A stretch of 64,000 bases of DNA from Magallana gigas (lineage: Eukaryota). The stretch is taken from assembly GCF_963853765.1 (NCBI RefSeq), contig NC_088854.1, forward strand, positions 42,470,001-42,534,000, given 5' to 3'. Positions 56,101 to 64,000 of the stretch are shown here, piece after piece. Every line of letters starts with the position of its first letter. Within the stretch, counting starts at the first letter, position 1. Position numbers and translations under genes: made by a program. The notes below the pieces were generated by a model that saw nothing but the letters and a program-made list of their open reading frames with translations, had not been told where the DNA came from and did no database searches.

Positions 56101-59092
56101 TCACCTTTATGAGACCACCTTTATCATATTAAATGAAAATCATACTTTATGATCTTGGATATTCATGGATTCTGTTTTGACAAAATATCGTATATCATCT
56201 GTTAAAAAATTGTATGATAATCATATGTTCATACGTTAATCAATACAATAATATAAAATTAAATATTGCATCCTATCATATTTACAACATATATCATATA
56301 ATACAATAAAATACCATAATAAACAATGATGAGATAAGATATTGTAACATATGTTATGACATTGTTTTGTGTTATACGTTAATGTGATTACATAATACAA
56401 TATCATAATATATAAAACAATATAGTATTATATTACAGTATCATATTACATAATACATCATAACATTGAAACATATGATATTATATTGTATAATATAGTA
56501 TGATACTGTATCATTTTTGAAACATGATATGATATTGTATCATATGATACAATATAATTTGATACAACATTGTATCATATCAAATGATACAATATTATGA
56601 CATTGTGATAAAGTAAAATAATATATAACACAACATTATATTATACATATTGTATCATATGATACAATAATATATTTTACAATATCATGCAATACAATTT
56701 CATGTGATGTGATAATATATCATATCATAAACCAATATCATATTATACATTATCGTATGATACGATATTATATAATATTACAGTATCATATTATACAATT
56801 TCATGTGAAATAATTCTATATTACAGAAACTAATATCATATTATACAATTATATCGTATGATACAATATTATAGAATATACAATATTGTATCATAGGATA
56901 CAATATTATATTTTGCAATATCCTATGTAATAGTATCATGTGATAAAATAATAAATTAATAATACAATATAGCATTATACAATATTGTATCATAATATAC
57001 TAAACTATACATAACGATATCATGTTACAATATCATAACATAAAATATTTAAAAAAATTGATACAATATCATATTGTATCATATAACTTTTTATAATATT
57101 ACATATGGTATTATATTGTATCATATTAAACAATATTGTTTCATACCATACAATACTATATCATAGGAGTCATGTTATATCATTTATCAACAAACACAGC
57201 TATCTATCGAGCAGGTTTGAGTGAGGTAGGAGATTTCTTTAGCATCCTTGATAATGGAGATAAGGCTCTGCATCTGAAGCAACCTCTGCCTTTCATTTAT
57301 AATATAGTTAAATCAATAATGCAAGCTATCGTCTATAAAACATGTGACCTGTTCCAAAAAAACTAAACCTCATCCAGCATCCGAAACCTAATTATGGCTC
57401 AGATTCAGCATTCAAGCCTGTCAGGTGCATCAGTATACATAAGTTGCATCTCCATGCAAGTTTGTTGAAGTTCAAACCAGTAATAACTGAGATATCATCA
57501 TCAGAGGGCACTAGCAATTAAAACATTAACCTGCTCCAGCATCCGCAACCTATGGCTCAGATTGTGCATCTATATCATAAGACACACCATCCATTCAAGT
57601 TTGGTGAAGTTAGGACCTGTAATAACTAAGATATATTTTTTAGCATCCTTGATAATGGAGATCAAGCTCTGCATCTGAAGCTTCCTCTGTGATTCATTCA
57701 TATTACAGTTTAATTAACTATGCAAGTTTGAAATAGTCTATTATCTATTAAACATGTGACCTGTTCCAAAAAACTTAACCATATCCAGCATCTGAAACCT
57801 ATAGCTCAAACTCAGCATTCAAGCCCGTCAGGTGCATCAGTATCATAAGACGCACCATCCATGGAAGTCTGGTGAAGTTAGGACAAGTAATAACTAAGAT
57901 ATAATCATCAGAGGGCACCTGTTTCAAAAACTTTAACCAGCTCTAAAAACCTTAACCTCCTCCAGCATCCGAAACCTATGGCTCAGATTCAGCATTCAAG
58001 CCTGCCTGGTGCATCAGTATCATAAGACGCTCTGGTGAAGTTAGGACAAGTAGTAACTAAGATATAATCATCAGAGGGCATCTGCAACAAAAACTTTAAC
58101 CAGCTCTTAAAACATTAACCTCCTTCAGCATCTGTAACCTATAGCTCAGATTCAGCACTCAAGTCTGTCTAGTGCATCAGTATCATAAGACACACCATCC
58201 ATGCAAGTTTGGTGAAGTTCGGACCTGCAGTAACTTAGATATTGCTATCAAAGGGCACCTGCAACAAAAACTTTAACCTGGTCCAACAACCTTGACCTCC
58301 TCCAGCATCTGAAATTTAGGACTCAGATTCAGCATCCAAGTCTTTCAAGTCCATAAGTACATCCAGATGCATCATCCATGCAAGTTTGGTGAAGATATGA
58401 CAAGTAATAGCTTAGATACAGGACCTGCAACAAAAACTTTAACCAGGTCCGGACGCAGACGCCGAGGGTATAGCATAAGCTCCCCCTGACTTTGTCTCGG
58501 TGAGCTAATAAAATTAGTCATGTGATTAAATATTAAGTTTGATTCTCACTTTAGCATCATTAATTTTGCAGACATATTTGACCCCTTTCTCCTGAATTTT
58601 GCCCCCTGGTTGCAGCCCTGTGTTATGGAGACCACAGTTATCACATGTAAAAGAGGAAACAACCACCTCCTTAAAGAATGGAATCTTTGTCAGGAACAGG
58701 CGGGTCTTCCCCTGCAATGTCAAGCACAGTGTAAAAATTGTCAAAATACTTCTCATGCATATATATTAATGTATAGTTCCATAATAATCCTAAAGTTTAC
58801 ATAAAAATTGTCAGATAAGTGATACATGTAAAAGCACAAACAGACAAAATGATATGATGATTCATGTTTGCTATTCATGACATGAAATATTGGTATTTTA
58901 ATATTTTGTCTATTCATAACATGGAAAATTTTTTGACTAATTTGTATATAAAATGATAAATGAACACCTCTTTCTTACATTTTGTTCACAATTCACACAG
59001 TAACTCTCAAGCTCCATAACCTCTGGATCATCATCATCTGCATTGATGTCTCGATATAAAGGTTTGGAGACATTGGTATTTTCTGATGACAT
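47057..59092 (-). CDS. ZPR1: Zinc finger protein ZPR1 (complete, 453 aa, 13 coding exons)
   Basis: Exons 58979-59092, 58550-58711, 55028-55112, 54538-54608, 54271-54357, 53588-53628, 53383-53467, 52798-52896, 52553-52619, 52086-52246, 51449-51649, 48094-48162 and 47057-47176 sum to 1362 nt in frame. Two C4 zinc finger + A-domain modules (CVNC..IPFFKEV..CDNC; DDPSGNS; CPNC..IPHFKEV..CDAC; [19 protein letters not shown]). Confidence 0.96.
47589..47927. mobile_element. TTAA-flanked non-autonomous DNA element (Kolobok-like) with tRNA-like core
   Basis: TTAA-GGTGGCTCACTACACC ... GGTGAAGTGAGGTACC-TTAA; minus-strand A-box AGTGGTTAA and B-box GAGTTCGAAAC at 47756-47807. Confidence 0.65.
48094..48162 (-). 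CDS. ZPR1: ZPR1 coding exon 12
   Basis: [23 protein letters not shown], 69 nt. Confidence 0.93.
49410..49435. repeat. (GATG)n microsatellite
   Basis: ~5-6 GATG units. Confidence 0.8.
51449..51649 (-). CDS. ZPR1: ZPR1 coding exon 11
   Basis: [13 protein letters not shown]...[11 protein letters not shown]..., 201 nt. Confidence 0.95.
52086..52246 (-). CDS. ZPR1: ZPR1 coding exon 10
   Basis: [35 protein letters not shown]...DMSRDVLK. Confidence 0.95.
52247..52552 (-). other. U12-type GT-AG intron in ZPR1
   Basis: 5'SS GTATCCTTT, branch-like TTTCTTAAC (52262-52254) directly before CAATAAG, no polypyrimidine tract. Confidence 0.88.
52553..52619 (-). CDS. ZPR1: ZPR1 coding exon 9
   Basis: [22 protein letters not shown], followed by GTATCCTTT. 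Confidence 0.93.
52798..52896 (-). CDS. ZPR1: ZPR1 coding exon 8 (charged linker)
   Basis: [33 protein letters not shown], 99 nt, phase 0/0. Confidence 0.8.
53383..53467 (-). CDS. ZPR1: ZPR1 coding exon 7
   Basis: [28 protein letters not shown], preceded by TTCCTTAAC...AC. Confidence 0.9.
53468..53587 (-). other. U12-type (minor spliceosome) AT-AC intron in ZPR1
   Basis: 5'SS ATATCCTTT, branch site TTCCTTAAC (53486-53478), 3' end CTAC; removal restores conserved [11 protein letters not shown]. Confidence 0.93.
53588..53628 (-). CDS. ZPR1: ZPR1 coding exon 6 (followed by AT-AC intron)
   Basis: [14 protein letters not shown], 41 nt, followed by ATATCCTTT. Confidence 0.9.
54271..54357 (-). 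CDS. ZPR1: ZPR1 coding exon 5
   Basis: [29 protein letters not shown], 87 nt. Confidence 0.92.
54538..54608 (-). CDS. ZPR1: ZPR1 coding exon 4
   Basis: [24 protein letters not shown], 71 nt. Confidence 0.92.
55028..55112 (-). CDS. ZPR1: ZPR1 coding exon 3
   Basis: [35 protein letters not shown]. Confidence 0.92.
55624..55697. repeat. Degenerate palindromic mini-element in ZPR1 intron
   Basis: GCTGACACTGTAAAT..ATTTACGGAGACAGC inverted arms with TAGTCT/AGAACTA ends. Confidence 0.45.
56062..58508 (-). mobile_element. Second non-autonomous Helentron-like element in ZPR1 intron, with internal ~165-177 bp repeats and an AT-rich insert
   Basis: Inverted subterminal 13-mers AGCTCACCGAGAC 56066-56078 and GTCTCGGTGAGCT 58494-58506; terminal AGCTC/GAGCT hairpin; tandem units 57370-58440. 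Confidence 0.7.
56200..57170. repeat. AT-rich low-complexity tract built from ATGATACAATAT/ATATTGTATCAT in both orientations
   Basis: Perfect palindromes at 56532-56555 (24 bp) and 56648-56669 (22 bp). Confidence 0.8.
58550..58711 (-). CDS. ZPR1: ZPR1 coding exon 2
   Basis: [27 protein letters not shown]..., 162 nt, AG/GTGAG. Confidence 0.95.
58979..59092 (-). CDS. ZPR1: ZPR1 coding exon 1 (MSSENT...YCVNCEQN)
   Basis: Acceptor before 59115, ATG at 59092, GTAAGA donor. Confidence 0.9.
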
Positions 59093-60118
59093 TATGGTAC
59101 TCTGATTTTAAGTACCTGCACAAAAAGACAATATATGATGAATATTGGCATGTACGCAAAGATGTACCTCATTTTTAAGTTTTAAATATTTGTGGTTTCA
59201 ACTATATTCAGATTTTAATAAAGTGTAATTGACAGTTACAAATGATCTTCATTACTACTATGATATTCATTAAACATTGTTTATCTGTCATTTACGATTT
59301 TATGTACATGTAACAATTATTTTTAATGGGAAAAAACATAGATTAAAAACTTCTTAGGACTCAATCGTGAAAAATTATTTTGGGAAGTAAACATGATAAT
59401 GAAGAAGTTGTCAGTATGATATACTCTCTTCTCCTTATATCACAAGTTTATCTGTTTCATGGTATATTCCCAAAATTGGCATTGACCTTTTATTATGAAC
59501 TAAAAGAATATTCTAGAAATTCTTCAGCCTTTCAAAAAAACATAAATAATTCAGCAGCAGATTGATTATTTTAAAAAAATACCCCTGACGCATACATCGT
59601 ATCGTCTTGTCATTGATACTCAAGCATATTTTTTTCAGTAAAGTATAAGAACTTAAAGGAGTGGAAAGAATACTAGCTGTGTCTATTAGTTCAAATATGT
59701 TCCTAGAAAAGAGCGTACTTCGATACCTATGATTTCGTCTAACGATGAATCCAGTCAGATTTAAATATATATAGAACTTATATTAAACACTTACCAGAAA
59801 AATCAGACCAGTTTTAATTTTACCTTAAATATCAAAATATAAAGAAAACTGGAAAGCCTGTCAACATGTGTCACAACATCGGAAACAATATTAGCCCTGT
59901 AAATAATAAATCAGAAGAAACTTTATGAAATTTCCGGGATTCAAACACATCCGAATTAAACAATACGTGTTTTCATTTAAAATAATATTTCAATTTCCTT
60001 TAAAAACAAAATGATGTTGCTTGAAAATCATCTTTAAAGATTTTTTAAAAATATTTTTGTTAAGTTATTTCCGGATTAATATCGGTCATAATTTTAAAAT
60101 TTATAATATCATATTGAA

Positions 60119-60163
60119 CGCCATCTATCGGTCTTTTCAAGAGTTACGAAGGTAATGGCGGCC
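60119..60163 (+). promoter_or_regulatory. Putative UBA52 TSS/non-coding exon 1 with TCT (5'TOP) initiator and YY1-like motifs
   Basis: TCTTTTC at 60132-60138, short exon ending at G|GTAATG (60151/60152), ATGGCGGCC 60155-60163 and CGCCATCT 60119-60126; typical ribosomal-protein promoter layout. Confidence 0.6.
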
Positions 60164-60613
60164 ACACACGTGTTTTGATGGTTCTTTAGATAGTTAATTC
60201 TGAATGATTACTTTAATTTTAGAAGATTTAATGCTATATCAAACAGTAAAGATATGTTAAGCAAACTTTCTATGTCGGTTTGTTCCGAAAAGATAACTTA
60301 CAATTACATTTTTTAGCATTGAACAACCTACAGCATTTCTAATTTATTAAAAGATGACTTTTTTCCACAAAAGTAGACTATTTTTGAAATTCTGTTATCT
60401 GCATTAGTTGAACAAGACTATATATTAGGATATTAAAAATTGAGTTAACATTTAGTATCCCTTTACATGTTGGGCACAACCTATTTTTTGGTGGTTTTAA
60501 GGTTTTAATTCCATTTGGTGATCAAACTCCTATAAAACTTAAAAGTTCTCTTGTTGTATGTACTCAATGGATTGAAATATCTGTTTAAGCTTTCTCATGA
60601 AAATGTGCATTAA

Positions 60614-63592
<2,979 letters not shown>

Positions 63593-63617
63593 ACTGTTGT
63601 TATACCCCTGTTCTGTG

Positions 63618-63623
63618 AATAAA
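63618..63623 (+). terminator. UBA52 polyadenylation signal
   Basis: AATAAA 26 nt after the stop; a second AATAAA at 63724-63729. Confidence 0.65.
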
Positions 63624-64000
63624 GAGATATCACAGTGTACAGAACAGCCTTCTTGTTATCAGTCCTTTCAAACAGCAAAGGGTAGTCATACAGCAAAGAA
63701 ACACTCTTTGTGATTAGGCTGCCAATAAAATACAATTGTTATGGTCAAGAGTGGTTGTACATTTATTTAAAGAGGAAGCACAATATGTGTGGATTTTAAA
63801 GTTGGCAGTAATGTTCTCTGAATGCTAACAAAAAATTCATAATTTAGAACCTTAACTATAAGAAATGCACTATTTATCATGACACAAAATGCTTCGCTTA
63901 CAATAAAGAAAAACGTAGGTTAGTCATGAACAGTTTCCACAACATCAAAGGAGTTCAGATTTACAATTATTGTTTTCAACCTTTATTTAACTATGTTCTT

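Overview
AT-rich animal genomic DNA, most likely a bivalve mollusc (Crassostrea/Magallana-type oyster, inferred from the repeat families), with two N gaps. There are three spliced protein-coding genes. (1) A turtle/IGSF9-like Ig-superfamily adhesion gene on the minus strand: a putative signal-peptide exon at 40059-40119, a ~28 kb first intron, and four Ig exons at 11724-12053, 2423-2698, 855-1136 and 360-647; it continues off the left edge. (2) A complete ZPR1 gene on the minus strand (13 coding exons, 453 aa) with two U12-type minor introns, one AT-AC and one GT-AG. (3) UBA52 (ubiquitin-eL40) on the plus strand, head-to-head with ZPR1. The most striking feature is four near-identical box C/D snoRNAs, predicted guides for the 18S rRNA G601-equivalent (SNORD103/SNORD85-like), all inside one UBA52 intron and separated by spacers containing hairpins and cryptic splice signals. 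Introns also carry non-autonomous Helentron-like elements with internal ~165-175 bp tandem arrays and several MITE-like elements. Coordinates were derived by hand; no database searches were run.
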